Shown here piece after piece: positions 10,681 to 22,586 of a stretch of 32,628 nt of DNA (its first letter is position 1; every line of letters begins with the position of its first letter). Origin of the DNA: Histomonas meleagridis 2922-C6/04-290x (Eukaryota; Protista; Parabasalia). Both the position numbers and the translations under genes were made by a program. The stretch is taken from positions 1 through 32,628 of the forward strand of contig JAANOX010000001.1 of assembly GCA_020184695.1 (NCBI GenBank). The letters run 5' to 3'. The notes below the pieces were generated by a model. That model worked only from the letters and a program-made list of their open reading frames with translations. It ran no database searches and was not told the DNA's origin.

Positions 10681-11047
10681 TATAATATATAATGTAATGT
10701 ATAATATATAATGTAATGTATAATATATAATGTAATGTATAATATATAATGTAATGTATAATATATAATGTAATGTATAATATATAATGTAATGTATAAT
10801 ATATAATGTAATGTATAATATATAATGTAATGTATAATATATAATGTAATGTATAATATATAATGTAATGTATAATATATAATGTAATGTATAATATATA
10901 ATGTAATGTATAATATATAATGTAATGTATAATATATAATGTAATGTATAATATATAATGTAATGTATAATATATAATGTAATGTATAATGTATAATGTA
11001 ATGTATAATATATAATATATAATGTAACGTATAATGTATAATGTATA
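10681..11047. repeat. 19-bp AT-rich tandem repeat (TATAATATATAATGTAATG)
   Basis: 16 perfect copies at 10681-10984, followed by about 3 degenerate ones. Confidence 0.95.
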
Positions 11048-14028
11048 TTGACTATTTATATTATACATTACATCACATTATCGTGATTTTTTGAATTACA
11101 TTGAATAATTCCCATTCAAAATATTTTTGTGAGAAAATATTCTATCTCAAATTTGATTTCTATGTTTTACATTTTTTGACATGAAATTTTCTGGGAATTT
11201 ATAAAATGTCATCAAATAGATTTGTTTACAAATCAATCAACACATGTTCAAATGCAATCGATTTAGAATAATTGAAATGATACAAGAATAATTACCTTTC
11301 AAATGCTTGATCCTAACTCTTAACTAATTGCAAATCTGCTGCATCATTATGTGTATTTTGTGGTTCTCCTTTAGATATTCATAATCAATATTATACACTA
11401 ATATCAAAAGAATGATTTATGTATTTATTCGAAACATCAAAAGTTAATGAGGGTCAAATAAACATTCGAGTTGTACTCCAAACGGTCGCCACAGAAATAA
11501 TATTGTTTAGTTAATAAATCGATACACATTTATAATTTTAATCTGTAAACGAAAAAAATATTCATAATTATTAATGCTCTTTGATAAATATACAATTATT
11601 TTAATTTTAATTATTTTATGATAGATAATCAATTTCACTTTAAATTTAAGAGTTTAAAAATCTCTCTATCACATTTATTAGAATTATATGATATTTTTAA
11701 ATTTTTCATTAATTTTGATTAATATTCAGTTAATATAGAGTTCTATTCATTTTAAAATCATAAAATCTTGAAAATTGATTTTGGAATATAATAAACATGA
11801 ATTAACTATAAAATTCATTAATGAACATGAGTAGGTATATACAAACACATATGAATTTGGACTAACATAAGTAAACATGAAGAATCATGAGTGAATAAGC
11901 AACAAGATATAATAGATCAAATGAAATAACATCATTATTTGAATCCATTTGGAGAAATTTCTAATTCAAGACTGTATTAAGTTTATTCATACTAAGTGTT
12001 TTATTTATTGTTGTGAATTAAAAGAATATTTAGAATTGTTTACTATTATTCGAATGTAATACAACACGAAAAATCGCATGGTTTTAACATTAATGAACAT
12101 AATCGCAAAAGACTAGTTTTTACAAACAATTTGGGTAATACTAAAATTTTCTATGAGAAATAATATATTATTTCAAGATTATTTAAATATAAATATAAAA
12201 TAATAAGTATTATGCGAATCTCCTAGCTATTCTCTTCTATATTATAATATATATCACCCGACAAATAAACACATTCAACACTCATACCACATGCAAGGAG
12301 AAAACACATAATTAAAATGAATAAGCATAAATAAACTTAATTTGACAAAATAAAATATAGAATGGAAGATATTAATTTTGTTGATAAGCATGAAATAGCA
12401 TCAGTAAATATAGAATAAAAATGAATAAAGTTGAGATAACATAAAGAAAAAAAAAATAAGTTAACATAGGATAACATTGAAAAACACTTAATATACATGT
12501 TCATTAACAAATATAACATAGAATGAATTAAATTAATAAATGTGAGTAAATATTATTTTTAAAGATGTATATTATATTAATTCGTTCATTATAATAAATA
12601 ATGACTTCTACTTTAATTTAGTCTCTTATAATTTGAATAATGTAATTTTTCTAAATATTCTAAGTTATCATGATCTATCAATGAATTTGATATAATTAGA
12701 TAAATTAGTATGATACCTAATTTAAAAAAATCCTCTTTATTCACAAAATATAATGCATAAGAAATAGTAGTAACTTGAAATGTAATAAAAGTAATTGTAC
12801 TGATGAATTCGAAATAAAAGATATAAATGAGCGTAGATTGCATTTTATATAATAAATAGGTTTATCTAAGAATAATTTTTCTCAAATATAATATTTATGC
12901 TACAATTATAAAAATTGTAAATTACAATTATTTTTCGAATCAAGGTTCGATGAAATCACTCATTCGAATCTTCAGATAATGTTCAATTTATATGAATATA
13001 TACATATATATAAATATGTATAAGTACTCAAGAATCACGAAGGAGACTTTTAAGATCTACCATTTAAATGTATTTATGTTGAACTATTTTTTTTATTAAT
13101 AAATGATTTATTCATTAATATTAATTATAACTATAATTATAAAAATTAACTAATTGTAATTATATTGAAAAATGATCGAGAAATATATATTTTTCATCAA
13201 TTTTTCATTAAATCAATCAACATAATGATAATAACTTCATACACAAGTTTTCTTGGTAATTTTAAGAATATTATAAAATATGAATTCATGTACATATGGG
13301 ACTATGAATATGTTGAATTCCCGTGTTTTTGGTAAAATTTGAAAAAAAATTATTATCGATTTAAAATTATTTAAATTTTTTGTCATTAATAATCATAAAT
13401 TGCATTAGATTCAACTTACAAAAAATATTCAAACATTTTTTCTATATGGAATATATTATTTCATCATTTGTTGCATACAAAAATGAAAAATTTACAAGAT
13501 AATAATGTTATCGCTCAAAAATGTGTGTACCATGGTTCATAAAAATGTTAACTTTTTGAATCAATTAGTTTGGAATTAACGACAGAATTTTCTGTATTAA
13601 TATTAAATTATCATTCGATAATTGAATGAACATCATTTTTCGGAAAATTATTTTATTTTTTCTCAGAATTACAATATATTTGGTTTGCCAAAATTATGGT
13701 GAATAAATATGCATACATTATTAAACATGAAAAATGTGGTTGAAATCCGAAATCGATAAATTATTGAAATTGCATTATTTCGAAAAAATTCAATTTTGAA
13801 TATGTATAATAATATTTTATCGAGGTTCCGACATAGGTCAAGTTTATTGATGTGCTATATCAATGAATTAATTTGATTTTTAAAAATTGATATGATTAAT
13901 TTGACATCAAATTCATGTAAAAAATTGATGGAATTAAAGTATATTAGAGTTCATAACAATATATAATTGATTAAATGACAATTTTTTTTTTAAAATTTAA
14001 TCTAATTTTAAACGAAATTTCTGAAATT

Positions 14029-14211
14029 TCGAAAATGCCGAAATTTTCAACAAAAAATTTGAACGAAACGGAATCTAAACAATATAACAAAATATATTAT
14101 CAAATAAAGATAATATATACAGATTTTTAAAAAATTAAATCCTCGAAATGACGAAATTTGTAACAAAAAATTTACACAAATCAATATTCAAATAATATAA
14201 TAATATATTAT
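14029..14211 (+). repeat. Imperfect ~70-bp direct repeat pair
   Basis: TCGAAAATGCCGAAATTTTCAACAAAAAATTT...AATATATTAT (14029-14100) versus TCGAAATGACGAAATTTGTAACAAAAAATTT...AATATATTAT (14143-14211). Confidence 0.65.
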
Positions 14212-14281
14212 TTATATCTCTTTCCTCAATTATTCTGAAATGAAAAATTAAATGATAACAATCAAAGAAATGGATTTTTAC

Positions 14282-14509
14282 TTATTCCAACTCTTCTTCT
14301 CCTTCATCGCAATCAATTACTTTTGTAAACTTTGTGTCTGCAATTAATTGAACGGCGGCCCTAAACATTTGATTCTGATCGTGAATAACATTTTATCTCC
14401 ACATGAACTCTGATATATGTACATTGACTTTGTTTTCTGGAATTCATTCATATCTTTTATTGATTTTTCTAAGTTCTTATTAAAGTCTTTCTATCATTTG
14501 AGTGTGCCC
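14282..14509 (-). pseudogene. C-terminal remnant of a Merlin/IS1595 (ISXO2-like) transposase
   Basis: Manual translation GHTQMIERL**ELRKINKRYE*IPENKVNVHISEFMWR*NVIHDQ...ELE*. It matches the ISXO2 HTQxIExxW and EFxWR motifs and has four internal stops. Confidence 0.75.
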
Positions 14510-15147
14510 TTGAAAGCAAAATGTTATTAGTTCTCAATGAATTAAAGAACGTCGGAGAAGACAGACTTGCTAACTTCGATACATTAAAATCAATCATTAC
14601 TGATAAAACCATACGTATTAATGAGAAAAATCAACCAAGAAGAACTTCTGAAAACGTTGCTAATTTAATATTTATTACTAATAACAGTTATCCTATTAAA
14701 ATAGAATCAGGTGACAAAAGATATGTTGTATTATTATGTAACGGTAAGTATAAAAATAATCATATATTTTGGAGCAATATGTATAACAGTTTTATTACTG
14801 AGTTTTATAATCATTTATTAACATATTTTATGAACAGAGATATTAATGATTATAATTCTAGAATTATACCTATAACTGAAGCTAAACAAGATTTAATAGA
14901 AGCCTCTAGAAATTCTGTTGAACAATTTATATGTGATAATTATGATAAATTATGTGAGGGTTGGCTCTGTAGTGATGCATTATTTAATGAACCTTTTGAA
15001 ATTAAAATGAGATCTTTTCGACTTCAATCAAAAGATAAATGTAATAGAAAAAGAGTTCGTAGAGAAGGTGATTTATGTTATTGTTACTTTCTAAAGGATG
15101 AGTATAAAAATATATATCATCAAACAGAACATATTGATAATGATTAA
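14506..15147 (+). pseudogene. SF3 (D5-like) helicase, 5'-truncated
   Basis: Walker B LLVLNE, motif C NLIFITNN and arginine-finger region DKRY are present. Walker A is absent because the gene is cut at ~14506. Confidence 0.8.
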
Positions 15148-18100
15148 ATTTTAAAAACAGCTACTGTATTATTATCAATTATTGAAGTTATTTTTCCTAT
15201 AATCATACTGTTAATTTTTGTTGTTAATACAGCATCATCATCTAAAATACTACCGTCATATAAAATTATATCGCCAACAGAATATTTACTAGAATCATTA
15301 ACGTTAAAATAATAATCTCTGTGAGTTGCAAAATCAACAGTATCTTGATTAATACTTATATCTTGTTTTATAGTATCACCTATTTGAAAAATACTGTTAG
15401 CAATATGTTTATCAACACATATTCCTATAAATTCTTTATAAGAACCTGTACTTTTAACAGAAGGTATGCAATTAGTAGAATCTGTAGTAGAAGTGTATTT
15501 ATTAACATTATTTTCATTAACTAATTTATAAACATCACCTGTTATAAATACTGGTTTTCCGATAATAAAATTATCGATATTTTCATTTTCAGAAATAGGA
15601 CTGTTATGAGTTATTGTTTTATTCATTTGACCTCCTCCTGAACTGCTAATAATTGCTTTTCTATAAGTATCATTAGAATAATGCCAAAACCCTAATTCAT
15701 TTTGATAAGAAGTTATTCTCCAAGTATATGTTCCGGGGGCTGCTGTTGATTGATCATGATATACGAAATCTAAAAATCTACCTGTTCTTAATACAGCATT
15801 TTGATAAGGTACTATACCATTTGATTCATGAGTATGACTCGTTAATGCTATATTATTTAAGTTAATTCCGTTAACAGTATTACAATTTATATTACCGTTA
15901 CTGTTAAAAGTAATTGATCCAGAACCGTTTCTTTTAAACTCTAATGAATCAGTAGATGTTATTCTCCAAGAGTAATCACTGTTAAATTCATTATTATCAT
16001 GAAAATCTATATAACAACCTACTTCCATAACACCGTCTGATTTAATAGTAGCTATACAAGGCAATGTGTTTAAATAATTTCCTGCTGAAGAACCGTTATT
16101 CAAATAATAATTATTAATTTTACCGTTAACAGTTAAGTCGTTATTTATAGTATTATGAGTATGATTCATTAAAGAATATTTATCATAATGATTATGACTT
16201 GTTAAAAAGAAGTTATCAACAGGTATATTATTAATATATTTTACTTCTAAATTACCATATATTATTAAATCGTTGTTTATAGTGTTGTGAGTATGATTTA
16301 TTAATGAATATTCGTCGTCATGATTATGTGTTGTTAATGAGTATTCACTGTGATTATGAGAACTTGGCGGAAAAGTTGTTGGTTTATCAGTAATATCATT
16401 ATAACTATGAGTATGATTTATTAATGAATATTTATCGTCATGATTATGTGTTGTTAATGAAATATTATTAGTATCAATTCCATTAATACTATTACAACTA
16501 ATATTACCGTTTTTATATATACTTACGTAATTACCGTCACAAGTTTTAAATCTTAAACAAGTATCAATATTATCATCAGAACCTACGTAATGTTCTATTA
16601 CACTACAATCATCGCCATATGGTAATACACCTATTTCCATTCTGATAGAATTACCTGTCACTGCATTAGATCTATAAATAAATAATTTTTTATATATATT
16701 AGTATCATCTGGATATTTGCTGCAATCAATATTGATATTACGTTTTGATGTTAATATTCTGCAGGAAATATCATTATCTACTAATAAATCTTGTTCAACC
16801 TTTGTCCAAACGCCGTATTCATTATAAGAAATTCCTGTTAAAGCCTTATTTATATCAGTTAAATTATCATTAGTTAAATACTGATCATGAGTATATTTAT
16901 GTTAAATATATCATTACTAATAACGAATAATTCATCTAAATCAATGCCGTTAATATAATTACATTCTATATCACCGTTAACTTTTAAATTTTGATCAATA
17001 TTAGTATATATTTCACAGATATCCTCCTCTTCATTAATAATTGTTTCTAATAAATCTTTATGATAAGTAATTCCTGTATAATTATTTAAATCAGAGCTTA
17101 TTAAGTATTGATCATGAGTATGATTTATAAAACGTTTATATATCTGACAGTCAACTAATAACATACCTAATTCATTAGTTCTCTGTCCTTTAGAAACATC
17201 TTTATAATAATATTTTAAGTTCTTAAATATAGTATTCATTTCAGGAAACAGATTTATTAAATAGTTATATTCATTAAAATTATTATCGATATCAGTATCA
17301 TCAGGACCTTCTAAATCATCTAAATTTTCATCAGTTGATATATCATATTCATCAAATACAACGCTTCTTAATGTAGGTATAGGTATATAACCCCTGGCTC
17401 CTGTAAATACATTTTTTAATCTGCTAATTAACGACATAGCCCAAGAACTGTTTTTAATACTGTTATATACTTTACTTGCCAGTTCAGCAAATTCAGCTAA
17501 TGACATAGCAAAAGAAAAGGCATCTAATAAGTATTCTAGCCAGTTCTTCTTATATCCTTCACCATCTTCTCCAGGTGCTCCTGTTAATAATTCTTGTATC
17601 TCATCATCATCTATAATCATTTGTTTTGTTAAATAATATTCTGATGTTAATACTCCGTCAACATTAACTATACCATAAGTATGACCACTGTCTTCTAACA
17701 TAATACTATTACCGTTAGGAAAATTAATTAATATATTGTTTTCAGTAATTCCTTCATCGGTGATATTATCATAAGTTGATATATTAACGCCGTTTTCAAA
17801 TAATATTACATCAGAAATAGTTAAAATACCGTCTTCAATAAGTGCTATATTATTAGTATCAATTTCATTAATTTTACCGTTAACAATAAGATCTTGATTA
17901 ATTAATGTATATTTTTCATAAATATCCTCCTCTTCCTCCTCGTTAGTTTCAATAAGTGTTTCGTTATAATATATACCAGTTAATTTATTATTAATATTAT
18001 CTAAATTAGCACTTGTTAAATAATCACTGTGAACATGATCTATTAAAGCATATTTATCATCATGATTATGTGTTATTAAAGAAAAACTGTCAACAGATGT

Positions 18101-18899
18101 ATTATTTATAGAATTACATTGAATATTGCCGTTATTATTAAAACTAATTGTTTTACCGCCTATTTGCTTGAAAACTTAATGTATCAGTTATAGCTCTAAT
18201 CCGCCAAGTATTATCTTTATTATAATCATCTCTATAATGAAAATCAATGTATTCTCCTACTTCCATAACGCCGTCATTTTTAACAGTAGCTATACAAGGA
18301 ATTGTTATTGTTGAATTAGATCCTCCTCCAGCACTGTTTAGAATATAATAATTATTAATTTTACCGTTAACAGTAATATCATTATTAAATATATTATGAG
18401 TATGATCTATTAAAGAATATTTATCGTCATGATTATGATCTATTAAAGAATATTTATCATCATGATTATGATCTATTAAAGCAAAATCTTCTGTAGAATA
18501 GCCGTTAATAGTATCTATTAATAAATTGCTTATATTAACAGTATTATTATCTTCATTTATTTTAACAAATTCTTTATATAAAGTCAATACTTTATCAATA
18601 TCACTAAACATTTGTTTTAAATAAGCATTATTCATAATATTTGACCCTGTAATAATATCACTTACTAAAATATCATTTATGAGAACAAGGTTTCTAATAC
18701 TGTTATCTAAAGGATTAATTATTATATGATTTCTTCCGTAAGTAAATATAAATGATTTATCTATACTATTAATTGTTAATGAACATATACCGTTACTAAT
18801 AGTATCTGCTGTTTTACTGTGATTAGAATATACAACACTATTTTTATTTAATAATGATTTTACAACGTTTTCAATTCTGTCAATCCTATTATTTAACAT
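15144..18899 (-). CDS. ~1,250-aa fibre/tail-fibre-like virion protein (three track ORFs joined by two 1-nt frameshifts)
   Basis: After FQAN at ~18161 the shifted frame is open (GGKTISFNNNGNIQC...FPNGNSI) straight into ORF 16874..17701. Restoring one base at ~16895 gives NINHTHDQYL, which is open into ORF 15144..16661. The protein has 15 HxH repeats and PCIATxKxDGVMEVGxYIDFH modules. Confidence 0.75.
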
Positions 18900-18918
18900 A
18901 TTTTATTATAATTAAATA

Positions 18919-19744
18919 ATGTATAAAAATGAACGTCAAATGAGCACTAGCGTATCACAATTACCTGTTGAAGAAATATATACAAATTTTGATGTACAAG
19001 AAAATGAACAAAATATTGATAAATTAGATAAAGGTAAAGGTTATACTTTTCGTTTTCCACAGCGTTGGATTGAGTGTCCAAGTCAAAATAAAGTTATCAG
19101 TTTAAGACGTTTAAAAATAACACCTACAAGTCATACTATTATGTTAAAAATTTGGGCTAAAGGTCCGAGTCAATCAAGCGGTCTTACACGTAATGTTACT
19201 TTATATATTCAATCAAATAATACATTACGTGAAATATTATTTGATATGTGTAATCAATTTAATAACTTAGCAACAAATTATATATTATTATTCGATTTAG
19301 ATGAAAACAATACATTAAATATCTTTTGTAAATATAAATCTGATACACAAACAATAAATCAATGCAATTTTTGTTTTCAAGATGTCAAAAGCACTTCTAA
19401 TGAAAATCTAACAAATTTCTTAAAGTTTTTGAATCAAGATACTTCACAAACAAATATTGATAAATTAAACAAAATCTAATACAAGCTTGCAATTTGATAA
19501 TGTGTGGGACCGAGAATATATTGAATTTAATGCTTCATTTAGTGATAATAAACGCAGATTTATAGGTTTAAATAATGATTTTTATGATAAACCGACTGTA
19601 TTATTTAATCCTCCAACAGACGGTAATACTTTTAATATAACATTTTCAAACAGTAATAAAAAATTTATATATCCAAGATACTGTAAATTTATTATACAAT
19701 TAGTATTTATATATAATTATCGAAATGCAGTTACATTGAAATAA
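18919..19744 (+). CDS. Conserved Maverick protein (~275 aa), possible single jelly-roll minor capsid protein; frameshift at ~19473
   Basis: ORF 18919..19479 continues in the shifted frame as KSNTSLQFDNVWDREY... The termini are beta-rich. The function is inferred. Confidence 0.55.
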
Positions 19745-19771
19745 TTTGTTTTATATATTTATATGTTAAAG

Positions 19772-20910
19772 TTATATATTTTTAAAGTATTGCTTTTCAA
19801 TATTACTCATTATTTGAGGAGTATTTCCGCGTAAATAACTGACGGGTATTGTATCTTTATAAGGTTTATCTCCCGGTACTTTAAATAATACAGTATATTT
19901 ATTTTTATTCTTATCATAATTAAGTATTTTAATAATTTCACCGTTCCGTCTATTAGGTATTGTATTTGCAAACTTAGGTTTATGATGATAATTATCTACA
20001 ATAATTAATTGATATCTGGGTTTGGTTATAACAGTCCCGTCTTTAGCAATTAATGTATACATATTACCTTTGCGGTCATCAATTTTATACATTTCTCTGC
20101 TAATTTGATAACGTTTTTTATGAATACCGTCATTTCTAAATAATATATATCTTACATATAAACCTACAGGAATAATTAAATCTTTAATTTTTTGTTGTTT
20201 ATCAGCTAATTTTAAACACTTAAATATATACTCTTTTTCTAAGTCTTTATTATTAAACATTTCATTAGGAGTACAACCTATAGCAGAATGATAACTGTTA
20301 TTATAAGTATTTATAAATTTATTCATTCTTTTTGGACTTATATAAGTATATTTATCATCATGAGACTGATGTTTAGATTTCTCATTAGGAGTATTCATAT
20401 CACGTAATGTTCTAATAAATCTGTCAATAATACCTAAACTACTGTGATTTTTATCTGTAATAATATGCATACTGACATTATTATCTGTTAATAATTTTAC
20501 ATTATTTTTATCTAAAAAACCGGACTCTTCATCAGATGTTAATTTTACAGGATGATATTTATTAATAAATTGTTTTAATGTATAATTAATGTCTTTAGCA
20601 GATTTAGTATTTAAAGGATATACTACGACGTATCTGTTATTAGTACCTATAAATATATGCCAATATCTAGGATCATGTTTTCCGTTATCATACAATCAAC
20701 AAACCAAGTATTTGGTCTATTACTAAATATTTTTATCATATACGGTTTAATATCTTTTATTTTAATAAATTTATCCTTTAAACGTTGATTTACAATATAT
20801 TTAATTTTTTTACTTTTAACATTAAAATGTTTATTTTTGACATGTTTCTTTACATGATTATATGTTTTAAAATGAGTCTTATCTACAGTATCATTTATTG
20901 ATGTTTGCAT
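19772..20910 (-). CDS. Retroviral-like (Maverick) integrase with a chromodomain-like C-terminus; frameshift at ~20696
   Basis: WFVD(L)YD...HIFIGTNNRY, LTSDEESGF and HSSLGIIDRFIRTLRD are present, and the C-terminal IIKILNY...KYTVLFK resembles a chromo fold. One missing T (GAT TGT versus GAT TTG TAT) joins 20647..20910 to 19772..20695. Confidence 0.9.
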
Positions 20911-20949
20911 ATTATTTATTACATATAACAGTTATTTTTTGATAATAAA

Positions 20950-21384
20950 ATGGGATTAGGTAATATATTTGGAGGCATACGTAAATTAGTTCAAGGAGGC
21001 GGTAGATTATTTAAAAATATTATTGATAAAGGTAAACAAATTTGGGGTAAATTATCACCTATAATAAATAAAGGCGGTAAAATCATTAGTAAAATACCGG
21101 GAGCTATACAAACTATTAGAGATAAAAAACAGCAAATAACTGATAAAATTGATCAAATTGTGGATATGATTCCCGATAGTAAAACTAAAGATAAAATTAA
21201 AGGTGCTGTTGACAGAGGCAAACAAATATCTGATAGAATTATTAGCAGAGTTCAACATGTTAGTGATCAAGTACAACCTTATATAACTGCCGGTAAGAAT
21301 ATATACAATAAATTAAATCAAACAAAAACTAATATTCAACAACCAAATAATCAACTAAATATGTCAAATGCAAGATTGTTATAA
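20950..21384 (+). CDS. Basic amphipathic protein with Gly2, candidate membrane-penetration protein
   Basis: Intact 144-aa ORF starting MGLGNIFGGIRKLVQGGGRLFKNIIDKGKQIWGKL, with helical hydrophobic periodicity. Confidence 0.7.
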   Translation: MGLGNIFGGIRKLVQGGGRLFKNIIDKGKQIWGKLSPIINKGGKIISKIPGAIQTIRDKKQQITDKIDQIVDMIPDSKTKDKIKGAVDRGKQISDRIISRVQHVSDQVQPYITAGKNIYNKLNQTKTNIQQPNNQLNMSNARLL

Positions 21385-21416
21385 AAATAAATAATGTATG
21401 TTTTATTTTTACATAA

Positions 21417-22076
21417 ATGACTGAGACTGAGTTAGTTTTAGAAACACCTGCCAGCTCACAGCTGGTTGATATAAATGGCGCTGATAATACTTCTGACAGT
21501 ATTGATAACAATAACGCCGTTAATAATAATATTAACAACATAATTGTTGATAAAAAACCTATTAAAAACTTAACTTCTGAAGAGAAAAACATTATAATTA
21601 ATAATGCTAAAAATAACATTGACAACAAATATTATGACGTTATATTTTATAAGAACGGTAATACAAGAATAATATTAAAAAAAGATGTTAATAACACACC
21701 AAAAGATATTATTACTGACAATAAATCTGACAATAAATCATTAAAAAAGAAATCAATAACTAATTTATCAGACAATCAATTTTTGATTGAACATATAATC
21801 AAATTGAATTCACGTATCGATAAATTAAAGAATAAACAAAAAAGAATAAGTCACAAATATAAAAAAATGAAGTACGACATTTATGATAATATTGACGAAA
21901 ATGATAATATTAACGAAAATGATAATATTAACGAAACTAATGATCTCAATGAAAACAACAACGAAACTAATGAATTATATAATAATCAATATAATAACAA
22001 TAATAACAATAATAACAATAATAACAATAAATATGTTATTAAACAAAGGGGTTGGAGAAAGTTAGTATCTCATTAA
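21417..22076 (+). CDS. Hypothetical Maverick protein, Asn-rich with a coiled-coil segment
   Basis: Intact 219-aa ORF with blocks KNLTSEEKNIII...YYDVIFYKNGNTRII and QFLIEHII...LKNKQKRISHKYKKMKYDIYD, and a terminal RGWR. Confidence 0.7.
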   Translation: MTETELVLETPASSQLVDINGADNTSDSIDNNNAVNNNINNIIVDKKPIKNLTSEEKNIIINNAKNNIDNKYYDVIFYKNGNTRIILKKDVNNTPKDIITDNKSDNKSLKKKSITNLSDNQFLIEHIIKLNSRIDKLKNKQKRISHKYKKMKYDIYDNIDENDNINENDNINETNDLNENNNETNELYNNQYNNNNNNNNNNNNKYVIKQRGWRKLVSH

Positions 22077-22115
22077 TAAATGTATAATTGTTATGTTTAT
22101 TTTTATATAAATATT

Positions 22116-22586
22116 ATGCCCAAAAAATACCTCAAAAGATTAGGTAATAAGTCCAAAAAACCGAGAAAATCATTACGTAAAAAATTAGTAAAACATACTA
22201 AAAAATCATCAAATAATATTAATAGATCATCAAATAATATTAATAATTCTAATAACAACTCAGCCAGATCAAAAATAATGAATAATTTATCTCCTATGCC
22301 GATATCTATATCACAAACGCCTCCTAATATTAATTTAGATGCTGTACATAATATGAGAAATAATAATGATATTTTACAACAACAAATTAATGATATTAAA
22401 AATCAAAAAGAGTCTGAATTTGTACGTAAAAAATTATTAGATAAGCAAAAACAGGATATATTATCAGAAACTAAACGTCAGCAGCAATTATATGAAGATG
22501 GTGGTGTAATATCATAGATGAAGAACCAAATCATCGAGAGCAAAGAATGAAGTATATTGAAAATTCATTAATTAAATATCAAAACG
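22116..22586 (+). pseudogene. Lys-rich basic N-terminus plus coiled-coil viral protein, truncated by the retrotransposon
   Basis: MPKKYLKRLGNKSKKPRKSLRKKLVKHTKK. A shifted frame after ~22500 continues WCNIIDEEPNHREQRMKYIENSLIKYQNE until RT sequence starts. Confidence 0.6.

Noticed and set aside
10652-11068. 138-aa Tyr/Ile/His repeat ORF
   Set aside because: It is a translation of the 19-bp satellite.
11050-13980. Short ORFs 12337..12519 and 12613..12843 and possible RNA genes
   Set aside because: This is low-complexity AT-rich intergenic DNA with no recognisable motifs and no tRNA or rRNA signatures.
16890-18165. Programmed ribosomal frameshifting producing fibre isoforms
   Set aside because: Neither site shows a slippery heptamer or downstream structure, and the many similar 1-nt lesions across the element point to decay or assembly error.
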